A stretch of 64,000 nt of DNA from Patescibacteria group bacterium (GCA_038078835.1 JBBTQI010000004.1:3352-67351), one strand, 5' to 3'. Numbered from the stretch's first letter, positions 26,770-36,965 are shown. Notes: a model not told the origin generated them from the sequence alone. Program-made: numbers and translations.

Positions 26770-27762
26770 TTAATCACTGCGCCACAGAGCGAGTCCGTAA
26801 GCAGTACTAAAATCAGTGTTTAGATGATGTTTCCCGGCTAGTTTCGGAACGACAACTTCACAATTTATTCCAATTTGCTCAGTCATTATCTGATCGATCT
26901 TGGCAAGACAGGCGCCGGATCCGCAGAGTATAATCTTACTCACCGGTTTTGGCTGATAATCACGGTTCTGGTGGTATTTGATTGCATTTAAGGCCTCCTC
27001 AACTATTGGCGCAACCGTCTTGGCGCTGATTGCGGTTTCGGTTGCGCCCGAGTCAGCCTTATTTTCAGTCGGTAGGGCCTCACTTTTGGCGGGAGTTTCT
27101 TGCAGTTGGTTTTTGCCGACACTTACGGTTGTAATGAGCCTGATGCTGCCCATATCCCAGATTGAGATGCGTGTTATCTCCGTTCCGATCTGGGCGACAA
27201 GAAAACAATCCTTGCTGTTGGCGGGAATAAGGGCTCGCCCAACCGCTAACGGTTTGGTTTCCAGGGCAGCTAACTCAAGGTTGGCCATTCGCGCCATCTC
27301 CGCATAATCGTCAACAAGTTTATTGGGAGCGGCTACCACCAGGATATCGACCAGCGATTCATTGGGATGAACGATCAGGACCTGATAATCAAGATAGACC
27401 TCATCAACTGACACGGGCAGGAACTGAGCGACTTCGGCGGCAATGGCGGAGTTATAATCGCCATTTTCCCGTTTTGGAATTTGGATAGTTTTTGAAAAGA
27501 CAAAGGTTTCGGGCAGTGTTGAGACGATCTGCCGCGCCCGGATGGGGTTTGGCTGGGCCCGGCGGCAGGCCTCAATAATTATTTTGGCGGTTGTTGCCTT
27601 GTCTTTAAAGTGGTCCTTTTCCAGAATGCGATCAGAGAGGATAAAATTGCAGGCACCATGGAGATAATGGCTGCTCCCGGCAATATCAAGCTGAACAAGC
27701 TTTAGGGTCTCAAAGCCGATATCAAGGCCAAAAACTTCACTTTTGTTCGCCAGAGGCCACAT
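26770..27762 (-). CDS. pilM: type IV pilus assembly protein PilM (actin-like ATPase fold)
   Basis: ..FGLDIGFETLKLVQLD... N-terminus and length/organisation typical of PilM. Confidence 0.75.
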   Translation of the reverse strand: MWPLANKSEVFGLDIGFETLKLVQLDIAGSSHYLHGACNFILSDRILEKDHFKDKATTAKIIIEACRRAQPNPIRARQIVSTLPETFVFSKTIQIPKRENGDYNSAIAAEVAQFLPVSVDEVYLDYQVLIVHPNESLVDILVVAAPNKLVDDYAEMARMANLELAALETKPLAVGRALIPANSKDCFLVAQIGTEITRISIWDMGSIRLITTVSVGKNQLQETPAKSEALPTENKADSGATETAISAKTVAPIVEEALNAIKYHQNRDYQPKPVSKIILCGSGACLAKIDQIMTEQIGINCEVVVPKLAGKHHLNTDFSTAYGLALWRSD

Positions 27763-27815
27763 TGGCAGTCCGCTCCTTAATCATCTCTTATAATTATATA
27801 AGATCGTTCACAATC

Positions 27816-29039
27816 TTACAAAGCATTAACAAGGCCATAGATTGGCTGAAGTACGGAAATAATAATTCCGCCAATGCCAATACCCATCATTATCATCAAA
27901 AACGGTTCAAGCAGAGTGGAGAGATTGGAGGTAATGGTGTCAACATCACGATCGAAAAAATCGGCCATATTTTCAAAAACCGTATCCAGGCTGCCGGATT
28001 TTTCTCCGACTGACGCCAATTGCCCGATAACCTTTGGGAACAGCTTGCTTTCTTTGAGTGTCGCGGAAACAAGGGCGCCGTTTTTGACCTTGGCTGACAT
28101 CGCGACGATCTCTTCCTGGTAGAGAACATTTCCCACGACGTTGCTGGAGGTTCTAAAAACCTCAAGCAACGGCAAGCCGGAAGCGGTAAGGGAAGAGAAT
28201 GTCCGGGTAAATCTCGCCATGTAAGTTTTTTTCATAAGGAGACCGATAATGGGTATCTTTAAGATAAGTCTGTCAAAGAAGCGCCGTCCCAGGGCAGTTT
28301 TTTTCCAGCGAAGGATCAATACGGATGCGATGGCCGCCCCAAAGGCAACAAAAACACCAAAATCCTTAATGACGGAGCTTATAAAAAGAACGATTCTGGT
28401 TGAGAGGGGTAGGGGAACGCCTGTTTCCTCAAAGATTGCTTGGAGTTGAGGAATGATAATTACCAAGACTAGAACGGTAACGGCAATCAGGGCAATTGTC
28501 ACCAGTATGGGATACGCCATAGCGCTGCGAACTTTACGATTTAATTCATAATCTTTTTGGAGCTGCTGAGTCATACGCCGGAGAACCATGTCAACATTAC
28601 CCGACTTTTCGCCCGAACGGATCATATTGACATAAATCTCGTTAAAATCCTGAGGGTTCTTGGCCAGTGCTGTTGAAAGCGGGGTTCCACCACTGACATC
28701 GTCAATTACCTGATCAAGCAATTTGGCGAAATGTTTGTTTTCGGTTTCGTCTCGAAGCGATTTGAGAGCGTCGATTATTGAAAGGCCGGAACGAATCATA
28801 ATCTCCATCTGTTCCGTAAAGATGATTTTATCTTTTAGTGAAAGTTTATTTTCAAAAACCGAGAGAAAACTTCGCTTTGAGGAAGTTCCTGTCGGATTTC
28901 GCTTTGGTTCTGTGCCGATGACCGGTTTGGGCTGTGCCTCCACCTTGGCATCAGCTGTTTCAGCCAAAGAGAGTCCGTCCTTGCCGGTTGCGGCGCTGTT
29001 TGATTCCGGTATTTTGATAAAGTTTTTTACATCTTCCAT
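27816..29039 (-). CDS. pilC: type IV pilus inner-membrane platform protein PilC (GspF family, two T2SSF domains)
   Basis: ..MIRSGLSIIDAL.... and ..MIRSGEKSGNVDMVL.. repeated GspF motifs, 3 TM segments. Confidence 0.8.
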   Translation of the reverse strand: MEDVKNFIKIPESNSAATGKDGLSLAETADAKVEAQPKPVIGTEPKRNPTGTSSKRSFLSVFENKLSLKDKIIFTEQMEIMIRSGLSIIDALKSLRDETENKHFAKLLDQVIDDVSGGTPLSTALAKNPQDFNEIYVNMIRSGEKSGNVDMVLRRMTQQLQKDYELNRKVRSAMAYPILVTIALIAVTVLVLVIIIPQLQAIFEETGVPLPLSTRIVLFISSVIKDFGVFVAFGAAIASVLILRWKKTALGRRFFDRLILKIPIIGLLMKKTYMARFTRTFSSLTASGLPLLEVFRTSSNVVGNVLYQEEIVAMSAKVKNGALVSATLKESKLFPKVIGQLASVGEKSGSLDTVFENMADFFDRDVDTITSNLSTLLEPFLMIMMGIGIGGIIISVLQPIYGLVNAL

Positions 29040-29047
29040 CTTTATTC

Positions 29048-31723
29048 CTAATCTTTAGTAACGCGCCAGATCTCTTCGAGGGAGGTCAGTCCTTTGGAGG
29101 CCTTTAGTATGCCGTCTTGAATCATTGTGACCATACCGTTCTCGACGGCCGCTTCCTGAATTTTGGAGGCGGAGACTTTTTGGATGACCAGGCTTTTTAT
29201 CTCCTCGGTAATGCCTAAAACCTCAAATAAGCCGACTCGGCCCCGATAGCCGGTATCCTCGCAAACTTTACACCCCTTGCTTTTGCTGAATTTGGTTTCA
29301 TGATCTCTAAACAACTTCTTCTCATTCTCCGGCATCCTCTCGATGATTTCATTTACCCTTTGCATCTCAATATCGCCGGGTTTGTACTCCTGCCGACATT
29401 CGTCGCAAAGACGCCGGGCGAGGCGTTGGGCAATAATAATGTTTGTTGATGACGTCAACAGGAAAGGTTCGACGCCCATATCGATTAAGCGCGGCGCCGC
29501 GCCGGCCGCATCATTGGTGTGCAGGGTGGAGAGAACGATATGACCGGTTAGGGCTGACTGTACTGCCATCTCTGCCGTTTCTCCGTCGCGAATCTCGCCG
29601 ATCATAATTATGTCGGGATCCTGGCGCACAATCGAGCGTAAACCGGAAGCAAAGGTGTAGTTGATTTCCGGATTGACCTGGCTTTGATTAACGCCGGGCA
29701 TTTGATATTCAATCGGGTCCTCGAGGGTAACGATATTAACACCCTCATGGAAGAGGCGATCGATTAAGGCGTAAAGCGTTGTCGTTTTGCCGGAGCCGGT
29801 TGGGCCGGTCACCAGAATCATTCCGTGAGATCGATCGAGGTTTGCCTCAAGATTTTTTAGGCCGATTCCGTCCAGTCCGAGTTGCTCGATGGTCAATATA
29901 CCCTGAGACTTATCCAGGAGGCGCATCACAACTTTTTCGCCGTAAGCAGTAGGCATGGTCGAGACGCGAAAGTCAACTCTGCGGGTATCTATATTAATAC
30001 TGAAGCGGCCATCTTGAGGAACTCTTTGTTCATCAATTTTGAGCTCTGAAAGAATCTTGATGCGAGAAACAACTGCCAGCTGTACATCTTTCGGCAGGGC
30101 GACCTTCTTGCGAAGCACGCCATCAACGCGAAAGCGAACAGTTACCTCGCCCTCAAGCGGCTCAATGTGGATATCGGAGGCTTTGTCGCGAATTGCTCGT
30201 CTGAGGAGAGAGGTGACGATACGGGCCGCCGGCGCGTCGTCAGAGGCCGACTCCATTAGCGCTTTGGTTACCTCTTCCTTTTTCTCTCCCCCCTCCTCAT
30301 TAACTTCTTCGATCGCTTTTTCAACTTCAGATTCGAGGCCCTGATATTGGTCCAGGATATGACTCAAGTCGCTCTCAGTCGTTATCTTTGTTACCAGCGG
30401 CATCTGAGCATTTTTCTTGATTATCTCTTTGGCTTCAATATCCTCGGGATCGATCATGGCGATTACAAGCTTGTTCTCTTCGCGCGCCACCGGAACCGTC
30501 TTGTAGCGTCTGGCAATCTTTTCCGGAATCAGTTGGAGAATTTCTTTTGGCACGGTTGTCTTAGACAGGTCAATATAGGAGATTTCCGATTTCGGCATAG
30601 GAAAGGGTCCCATCTCAGAGCTAACAAGCATTTTTTCAATTCCAGGAACACCGGTTTTGCTTACCGGGGATGTTGTGTCGCTTTGGCCTGGTTTTGTCTC
30701 AGTCTCAATTTTTGCCGCATTTTTATTGTCTTTTTCGTTTTTCGCCCCGGCAACTTCGCCGTTTTGTTTTGCGGGCAGTTGAGGCAGAAGTTCGGCCGGT
30801 ATGGGACCATTTTGCTGATGGGGCGCTGAGGCGGGAATTTGCGCCCGGCTTGTATCAAGGGGGTTAGAACTTTTCACGTCAAAAAAGCCTTCCCCGATGG
30901 TCGAGCCCTTCTCTTCCGGTTTGGGGACGATCGGGTGATCCTTTGGTTTATTTTCAACTGATTTAGCTGTCTCCTTTACGGGTGGCGGAGCTTCAACCTT
31001 GATTGTTTCTTCCTCTTTTTTCTCCAACTTTTTCTTGGCTGATTCTTCGCCTTCTTTTTCCGCCGGGCCGAAGATCCGTGCCCAAAAAGATTGGCGATCT
31101 TTTTTCGGAACCCGAATGACGCCATTAAAAGTTGATTCCTCTTTTGTGCCGTCGCCCATCAACTCCTCGTAGATACTAATCCGCTCACTATCTTTTTCTG
31201 CCGCCCGAACGGCGCCGGTTGACTTTCCTTTATCCAGGGAGGACTCTTTCTTTTCTTTCTTGGGTGTCGGAGGCAGGAGGGAGGCCTGATCTTTTGAGTG
31301 GTTCACTATAATAGGAATGGCAATATTGTTTTTGGCCGGCACATTTTTATCTTGCCCCAGAACAACCGATGTGTTGGCGGGTTTTGTTAACTGCCGGTTC
31401 TTTTTGCGGGTGCCGTGGAGAGTAATTCCCTCGACGCTCCGGCCGGTTTTCACTGCCTGTTTGATGTTGTCTGCCGGCATCCATTTAGCGACATTTGTCG
31501 GCAACATGATCATCTTTTTGGCCTTGCCCAATTTGGGATGGGTGATCACCCGGGAGGGATAATGAACAGTATAAAAAGTGCCAAAGTTGGAGTAAATTAC
31601 TTTGTCACTTTTATCTAGAGCACCGGTGATTGTTTCTTCAAGCGCAACAATTAAATCTTCCGCTTGAGCAATAGTCAAACGAACCTTTTTGGCCACTATG
31701 CGAGCCAACTCTTTGCGTGTCAC
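29048..31723 (-). CDS. pilB: PilB/GspE-family pilus extension ATPase (T2SSE_N + Walker A GPTGSGKTTT + Asp/His boxes) fused in frame to an N-terminal HU/IHF-like DNA-binding domain via an ~450 aa low-complexity K/E/P-rich linker; GTG start with GGAGGGG RBS
   Basis: N-terminal MTRKELARIVAKKVRLTIAQAEDLIVALEETITGAL..GDKV....FGTF is the HU/IHF fold; C-terminal ILVTGPTGSGKTTTLYAL...GEIRD.ETA is GspE; one uninterrupted ORF. Confidence 0.8.
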   Translation of the reverse strand: MTRKELARIVAKKVRLTIAQAEDLIVALEETITGALDKSDKVIYSNFGTFYTVHYPSRVITHPKLGKAKKMIMLPTNVAKWMPADNIKQAVKTGRSVEGITLHGTRKKNRQLTKPANTSVVLGQDKNVPAKNNIAIPIIVNHSKDQASLLPPTPKKEKKESSLDKGKSTGAVRAAEKDSERISIYEELMGDGTKEESTFNGVIRVPKKDRQSFWARIFGPAEKEGEESAKKKLEKKEEETIKVEAPPPVKETAKSVENKPKDHPIVPKPEEKGSTIGEGFFDVKSSNPLDTSRAQIPASAPHQQNGPIPAELLPQLPAKQNGEVAGAKNEKDNKNAAKIETETKPGQSDTTSPVSKTGVPGIEKMLVSSEMGPFPMPKSEISYIDLSKTTVPKEILQLIPEKIARRYKTVPVAREENKLVIAMIDPEDIEAKEIIKKNAQMPLVTKITTESDLSHILDQYQGLESEVEKAIEEVNEEGGEKKEEVTKALMESASDDAPAARIVTSLLRRAIRDKASDIHIEPLEGEVTVRFRVDGVLRKKVALPKDVQLAVVSRIKILSELKIDEQRVPQDGRFSINIDTRRVDFRVSTMPTAYGEKVVMRLLDKSQGILTIEQLGLDGIGLKNLEANLDRSHGMILVTGPTGSGKTTTLYALIDRLFHEGVNIVTLEDPIEYQMPGVNQSQVNPEINYTFASGLRSIVRQDPDIIMIGEIRDGETAEMAVQSALTGHIVLSTLHTNDAAGAAPRLIDMGVEPFLLTSSTNIIIAQRLARRLCDECRQEYKPGDIEMQRVNEIIERMPENEKKLFRDHETKFSKSKGCKVCEDTGYRGRVGLFEVLGITEEIKSLVIQKVSASKIQEAAVENGMVTMIQDGILKASKGLTSLEEIWRVTKD

Positions 31724-32190
31724 TATCCCCTCCAAGCAATTTTCTGCCGCTTTGTTTAATTGTATCACTATTAACCAAAAAGAAACAAGGCACAACTTAA
31801 CCGGTCCGGTCGGGAACGGATAGCTTGCCTGGTTGGACTGTGTGTAACTATGTGGACAGAGTGTGGACAAGATCGGGCAATTTTAACCGGTCAGCAATGT
31901 TATCATCGCCAGAACTTATAAAGTTGATAAAGTTTTCGAGGTGTGGCCAATGCCGATATAATACAATTAGCTCACCTTACGCACCAGAGAACAAACTTTA
32001 GTTTGTTAGGATAAAATATACTTTCTGCGTGCCAGCCCTGCTTTCACGTGCTAAAGCGTGGTCTCTGAGTGGTGCGTAAGGTGACACAGTTAATTCAAAT
32101 GTTAGATGTCAGAAGCCAAATTTACATCAAGGATTTTTGGTCTGTGTCTTTGTCTTTGACATTTAACATTTAATTTTTGACTTAACCGTG

Positions 32191-33786
32191 ATGTCTTTTT
32201 ACCAAAAATATCGTCCGCAAAAGTTCGCCGATCTGGTGGGGCAGGATCATATCAGTCAAACCCTTCGGGAGTCAATCAAGAGGGACTGTTTAACTCATGC
32301 CTATCTTCTGACCGGCCCCCGCGGTATTGGCAAGACCACAACAGCGCGCCTCTTAGCCAAAGCAATTAATTGCCGGGACTCAACTGACCGGGCCAAGAGC
32401 GGCGAACCCTGCAATCAATGTGATTACTGCGTATCGATAAGCGGCGGTCGGGCCTTGGATGTTATTGAGATTGATGCCGCGTCTCACACAAGTGTTGACG
32501 ACATTCGGGACCTGATCGAAAAGGCTCGGCTGGCGCCGGCCAGTGCCAGAAAAAAAGTCTATATTATTGATGAGGTTCATATGCTCTCCAAGAGCGCTTT
32601 TAATGCCCTGCTCAAAACACTGGAGGAGCCGCCCCCCCATGTTGTTTTTATCCTGGCGACAACCGAAGTCCAGCGTTTGCCGGAGACGATCCTGTCCCGG
32701 ACTCAACGCTATGATTTTCGCCGGGCCAGCCAGAGTGATATTATAGCCAACTTGAAGCGGGTGGCGGCGGCAGAGGACATTGCGGTCGATACTGAGTCGC
32801 TCGAAATTCTGGCCGTGTTGGCTCGCGGAGCACAGCGTGATGCCGTTGGCTTGCTGGAGCAGGTCGCCGGCTACACAAATCAAATTACGATTGCAAGCAC
32901 CAGGGCAATTCTTGGGCTATCAAGCCAAGAGGAGACCTTTTCTTACTTGCGAGCTGTTTTTAATAACTTGACGGAGGAGGGATTAAAAATTGCTCATCGG
33001 CTCTACGATCAGGGAAGCGATATGGCCGTCTTTTATGCTGATGTTCTGGAGTTGCTCCGAAAAATCCTCCTGTATCGAGCCAGCGGTGAAGTGCTCTTTG
33101 AGGAGACCGAATCCAACGTGAAAAAGATCAAGGAACTGGGCGGTCGCGTCGCGACGGCAAATTTGATCAAGGCGGTCGGGTGCTTTATTGCTAACAGCAA
33201 ACTTCTCAAAGAGGTGTCTAACCCAGTCTTGCCGCTCGAGATGGCGACAGTGGAGGCGGCGCAGTTTTTCTCGGAACCCGGAACTCAGAATATCGAACTC
33301 AGATCGAACTCAGAACGAACTCAGAACACAGGGGCCGAAAAGAAGGAGACCAAATTGGAAACCCGGGCTCCAAGCGCCAAGTCTCGGACTCCTGAGCCGG
33401 CGATTCCGGATCCGGGAACGGCGGTAGACGAGAGTGTGGTGAAATCTCCTGCTCCGACACCGGTTTTAGAGATGACCGATGATCTTTGGTTGAGGCTTAC
33501 CCAAGCGGTTAAAGAGAAAAATTCAACACTGGCGGCCCTCTTGCGTGATGCCAAGCCGATTGAGGTTAGTCAGAAGAAGATGGTGCTGGGTGTTAAATTC
33601 CCCTTTCATCGGGATCGGATTTCGGACGCTAAGAATCGCCAAGTGTTGGAGAGTATTTTAAAGGATGCTGTCGGTGCGGAGTATCATCTGGAGTGCCGCT
33701 TAGTTGCGCCGGAGAAAAGAAAGTCGACCAAGACGGATGACCTTAATCTGGAGAAAGCGGTAGGGGAGGTGTTTGAGACGGAATAG
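32191..33786 (+). CDS. dnaX: DNA polymerase III subunit gamma/tau, with an in-frame (CGAACTCAGA)x4 repeat
   Basis: MSFYQKYRPQKFADLVGQDHI...LLTGPRGIGKTTTARLLAKAINC (AAA+ clamp loader, zinc module CxxC). Confidence 0.88.
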   Translation: MSFYQKYRPQKFADLVGQDHISQTLRESIKRDCLTHAYLLTGPRGIGKTTTARLLAKAINCRDSTDRAKSGEPCNQCDYCVSISGGRALDVIEIDAASHTSVDDIRDLIEKARLAPASARKKVYIIDEVHMLSKSAFNALLKTLEEPPPHVVFILATTEVQRLPETILSRTQRYDFRRASQSDIIANLKRVAAAEDIAVDTESLEILAVLARGAQRDAVGLLEQVAGYTNQITIASTRAILGLSSQEETFSYLRAVFNNLTEEGLKIAHRLYDQGSDMAVFYADVLELLRKILLYRASGEVLFEETESNVKKIKELGGRVATANLIKAVGCFIANSKLLKEVSNPVLPLEMATVEAAQFFSEPGTQNIELRSNSERTQNTGAEKKETKLETRAPSAKSRTPEPAIPDPGTAVDESVVKSPAPTPVLEMTDDLWLRLTQAVKEKNSTLAALLRDAKPIEVSQKKMVLGVKFPFHRDRISDAKNRQVLESILKDAVGAEYHLECRLVAPEKRKSTKTDDLNLEKAVGEVFETE

Positions 33787-33891
33787 TTAAATCTTTCGCG
33801 GGAAATTAAATCACATATTCGGCCTTCGGCTGATTATCTGTGAGGCGAAGCTTTTGACTTACTATTCATAATTTCACGGTAGGGGAGTTGA

Positions 33892-35328
33892 ATGGCGAGG
33901 GATTCAGCCAAAAAAGGTCGAGGGGAGGAGCGGGATAGGAGATCTCAATTTTCCGGTGTGCGCATTCCGCCCCAGAATACCGAAACAGAACGGAGCGTTT
34001 TGGGGTCGGTACTGATCGATCCGGAGGCATTAGTGAAGGTTGTTGACATTGTCACCCCCGATGATTTTTATGATGAACGTCATGCTCTCGTTTACGGTGC
34101 TATGCTTCGCCTCTTTGACAAGCGGGTGCCGATTGATCTTGTGACGCTCTCGGAGGCGCTTGAGGCGGAGGGCAAGATTAAAGCTGTCGGCGGCACAACC
34201 CATCTGGTGGAGATAGTTAACACGACGCCATCGGCTTCGAACATTATTCCTTACGCCCAAATTGTCAGGGAAAAGGCGGTCTTGCGCCGGCTGATCTCGG
34301 CCGGGAGCAACATTGCCGAGATGGGCTACGATGAGGAGGGCGAGTTAGCGGAGACGCTGGACAGGGCGGAGCAGTCGCTCTTTGCCGTCTCGCAAAAGTT
34401 TTTGAAGAATAAATTTATTCCGATTCGGGAGATCGTTGGCGAGGCCTTTGATCGCATTGATCGCATTCATCAGGATCGCGACAAGGGGGCATTGCGCGGG
34501 GTATCGAGCGGATTTCGCGATTTGGATAATATGACAGCCGGTTTTCAGAAGTCGGATTTAATTATTTTGGCGGCTCGTCCCTCGATGGGCAAAACCTCCT
34601 TTGCTCTTAATCTGGCGGAGTATGCCTCAATTGAGAACAAGGTTCCCGTCGCCGTTTTCTCACTGGAGATGAGCAAGGAACAGCTGGTTGACCGCTTGCT
34701 CTGCTCCCAGGCCGGTGTTGATTCCTGGAAGTTGCGGACCGGCAATCTGAGCGAGGATGATTTTCATCGCCTGGGACCGGCGATGGGCTACCTTTCGGAG
34801 GCGCCACTCTACATTGACGACTCGCCGGGTTGTAACGTGATGGAGGTGCGGGCCAAGTCTCGCCGGCTTCAGATGGAGCATGGCCTCGGCCTTGTCATTG
34901 TCGATTATCTTCAGTTGATGGAGGGCCGGGCTCGGTCGGGGGATTTTAATCGTGTCCAGGAGATCTCGGAGATCTCGCGCGGGCTCAAGAGTTTGGCCCG
35001 GGAGTTGGAGGTACCGGTGATCGCTCTCTCTCAGCTCTCTCGGGCGGTCGAGCATCGCGATAATAAACGGCCCCAGCTGTCCGATTTGCGGGAATCTGGC
35101 TCGATCGAACAGGACGCCGACCTGGTGATGTTTCTCTACCGCGAGGACTACTACAAGCCGGAGACGGAGAACAAGGGGATCACCGAGGTTCTTCTGCGCA
35201 AACACCGCAACGGCCCGACCGGCGAGGTCAAGGTCTTCTTTACTCCGGCCCAGATGCGCTTTGCTAATCTGGAACTCAACCGCTCCCACACCGGCAACAC
35301 GCCGGTGATGGAGATGAACGTGGGATAG
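33892..35328 (+). CDS. dnaB: replicative DNA helicase DnaB
   Basis: N-terminal DnaB domain (ERSVLGSVLIDPEAL..), Walker A (ARPSMGKTSFAL), H4 motif LSQLSR. Confidence 0.88.
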   Translation: MARDSAKKGRGEERDRRSQFSGVRIPPQNTETERSVLGSVLIDPEALVKVVDIVTPDDFYDERHALVYGAMLRLFDKRVPIDLVTLSEALEAEGKIKAVGGTTHLVEIVNTTPSASNIIPYAQIVREKAVLRRLISAGSNIAEMGYDEEGELAETLDRAEQSLFAVSQKFLKNKFIPIREIVGEAFDRIDRIHQDRDKGALRGVSSGFRDLDNMTAGFQKSDLIILAARPSMGKTSFALNLAEYASIENKVPVAVFSLEMSKEQLVDRLLCSQAGVDSWKLRTGNLSEDDFHRLGPAMGYLSEAPLYIDDSPGCNVMEVRAKSRRLQMEHGLGLVIVDYLQLMEGRARSGDFNRVQEISEISRGLKSLARELEVPVIALSQLSRAVEHRDNKRPQLSDLRESGSIEQDADLVMFLYREDYYKPETENKGITEVLLRKHRNGPTGEVKVFFTPAQMRFANLELNRSHTGNTPVMEMNVG

Positions 35329-35387
35329 GCTTGTTTTCTGGACGCAAGGTGAGATAATAGGAGTGCAATTAGCGCTCCTATTATAGT

Positions 35388-36536
35388 ATGAAAAAATTGG
35401 TTTTAATTGATTCCAATGCCATTATCCATCGGGCATATCATGCCCTGCCGGCAAACCTCTCAAACTCCAAGGGCGAGCCGACCAATGTTACCTATGGTTT
35501 TGCCCTGGCCCTCATTAAAATCCTTGAGGAGATCAAGCCGGATTACATCGCCGCCGCCTTTGATCTGGCTGGCCCGACCTTCCGGCACATTGAATATAAA
35601 GAATATAAGGCCAAGCGGGTCAAAGCCCCTCAGGAGCTCTACGATCAGATTCCCAGAGTCAAGGAGATGCTTTCGGTTTTCGGCGTGCCCATTTATGCTG
35701 TGGCGGGATTCGAGGCTGATGATGTGATTGGAACGATTGTAGAACAGTGTAAGGATGGGGACACAATGGTCTATATCGCTTCAGGTGACCGTGATGTCTA
35801 TCAATTGTTAAATGGTCATGTTAGGGTTTTAATGCTTCATCGTGGCTTTTCGGAAGCGGAGATTTTTGACCACGACCACCTGCGGGAGAAATATAACTTA
35901 GACCCGGAGGACTTTATCGATCTCAAGGCCTTGATGGGCGATGCATCCGATAATATCCCCGGTGTGCCGGGAATTGGACCGAAAACTGCCACGGACTTGA
36001 TACAAAAATTTGATACGTTAGAAAAGCTTTATGTTGCTCTAGATTGTCATTCTGAACCCATTCGACAAGCTCAGGGCAAGCTCCGCGAAGAATCTAGCGG
36101 AGTGTCCGATGCGGTCGCCAAAGGCGACCTAGATCCTTCGGCTACGCCTCAGGATGACAGCGGTAAAAGATTGAGTGACACATATATTAAAGAAACCTCT
36201 AAACGGTTGGGTATCAAGGAAAGAATAGTGCGATTACTATGCCAACACGAAAACCAGGCTTTTCAGTCGAAGATGCTGGCTACTATCCGGCGAGATGTGC
36301 CGATTGAGTTTGATCTGGCCAAGGCCCGCTGGGGGCAGTATGATAAGGACAAAGTCCGCCGATTATTCGAAGAGCTGGAGTTCAAGTCATTGCTGAGAAG
36401 ATTTTCCAAGGATTATGAAGAGGCCGAAGGCCCAAGGCCTGTCCTGAGCGGAGTCGAAGGGCCGAAGGCTGAAGATGAGAAAAAGATCACCGAAGAGCAA
36501 AAGAAAAAAGATGAGCAGTTGAAGTTAGAATTATAA
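35388..36536 (+). CDS. polA: DNA polymerase I 5'-3' exonuclease domain (FEN-like) - first of two polA pieces; ends in a low-complexity tail containing GGCCGAA-type repeats
   Basis: MKKLVLIDSNAIIHRAYHALP....IAAAFD...FRHIEYKEYKAKR.. and LEFKSLLRRF match the PolA N-terminal nuclease. Confidence 0.8.
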   Translation: MKKLVLIDSNAIIHRAYHALPANLSNSKGEPTNVTYGFALALIKILEEIKPDYIAAAFDLAGPTFRHIEYKEYKAKRVKAPQELYDQIPRVKEMLSVFGVPIYAVAGFEADDVIGTIVEQCKDGDTMVYIASGDRDVYQLLNGHVRVLMLHRGFSEAEIFDHDHLREKYNLDPEDFIDLKALMGDASDNIPGVPGIGPKTATDLIQKFDTLEKLYVALDCHSEPIRQAQGKLREESSGVSDAVAKGDLDPSATPQDDSGKRLSDTYIKETSKRLGIKERIVRLLCQHENQAFQSKMLATIRRDVPIEFDLAKARWGQYDKDKVRRLFEELEFKSLLRRFSKDYEEAEGPRPVLSGVEGPKAEDEKKITEEQKKKDEQLKLEL

Positions 36537-36965
36537 CCAAAGTCAAAGATCAAAACGATAGTCTAAAAAGCAAAAAGAAAAGGGCGACCGAATGAGTGAT
36601 CGCCCGATGAGTGCAGCCGCCGCCGAAGGCGGCGACCGGTCGTTCGTGTTCAGGGCCTGAGCCGAGGCTTGCAGAGGATGCTTGTCCGAGCTTCATTGGG
36701 AATTTCGTAAGAACCCAATTATTGCCCGGACAGCTGTAATGTAACAAAATCTGGCAATAATGTCAAATTTTTTCTTCTGCCTTTATCAATTTTGACTTTT
36801 AACTTTTGATAGTTGACCTCATACATATGTGGAGTCATTTGAAGGAAAAGGGTATTGGTTTGACTAAAATAGCATAGCCAAAGAGGCACCGATAAATAAA
36901 TCAAATTGGTTTTATGAATCAATTTCAATATTGACATTGTTAACCATCGTATATACAATGTAAAT

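Noticed and set aside
31871-32187. SRP RNA (ffs) upstream of dnaX, by synteny
   Set aside because: A structured ~113 nt segment exists, but I could not find the conserved helix-8 GGAA/AGCAGC motif on either strand. It is kept only as an unassigned ncRNA candidate, not annotated as ffs.
36550-36747. 65-aa minus-strand ORF in the polA-TA spacer
   Set aside because: It lies in a GC-rich hairpin-forming stretch (GGGCGA..TCGCCC, GCCGCC-GAA-GGCGGC), which is more likely structural or non-coding; no RBS.
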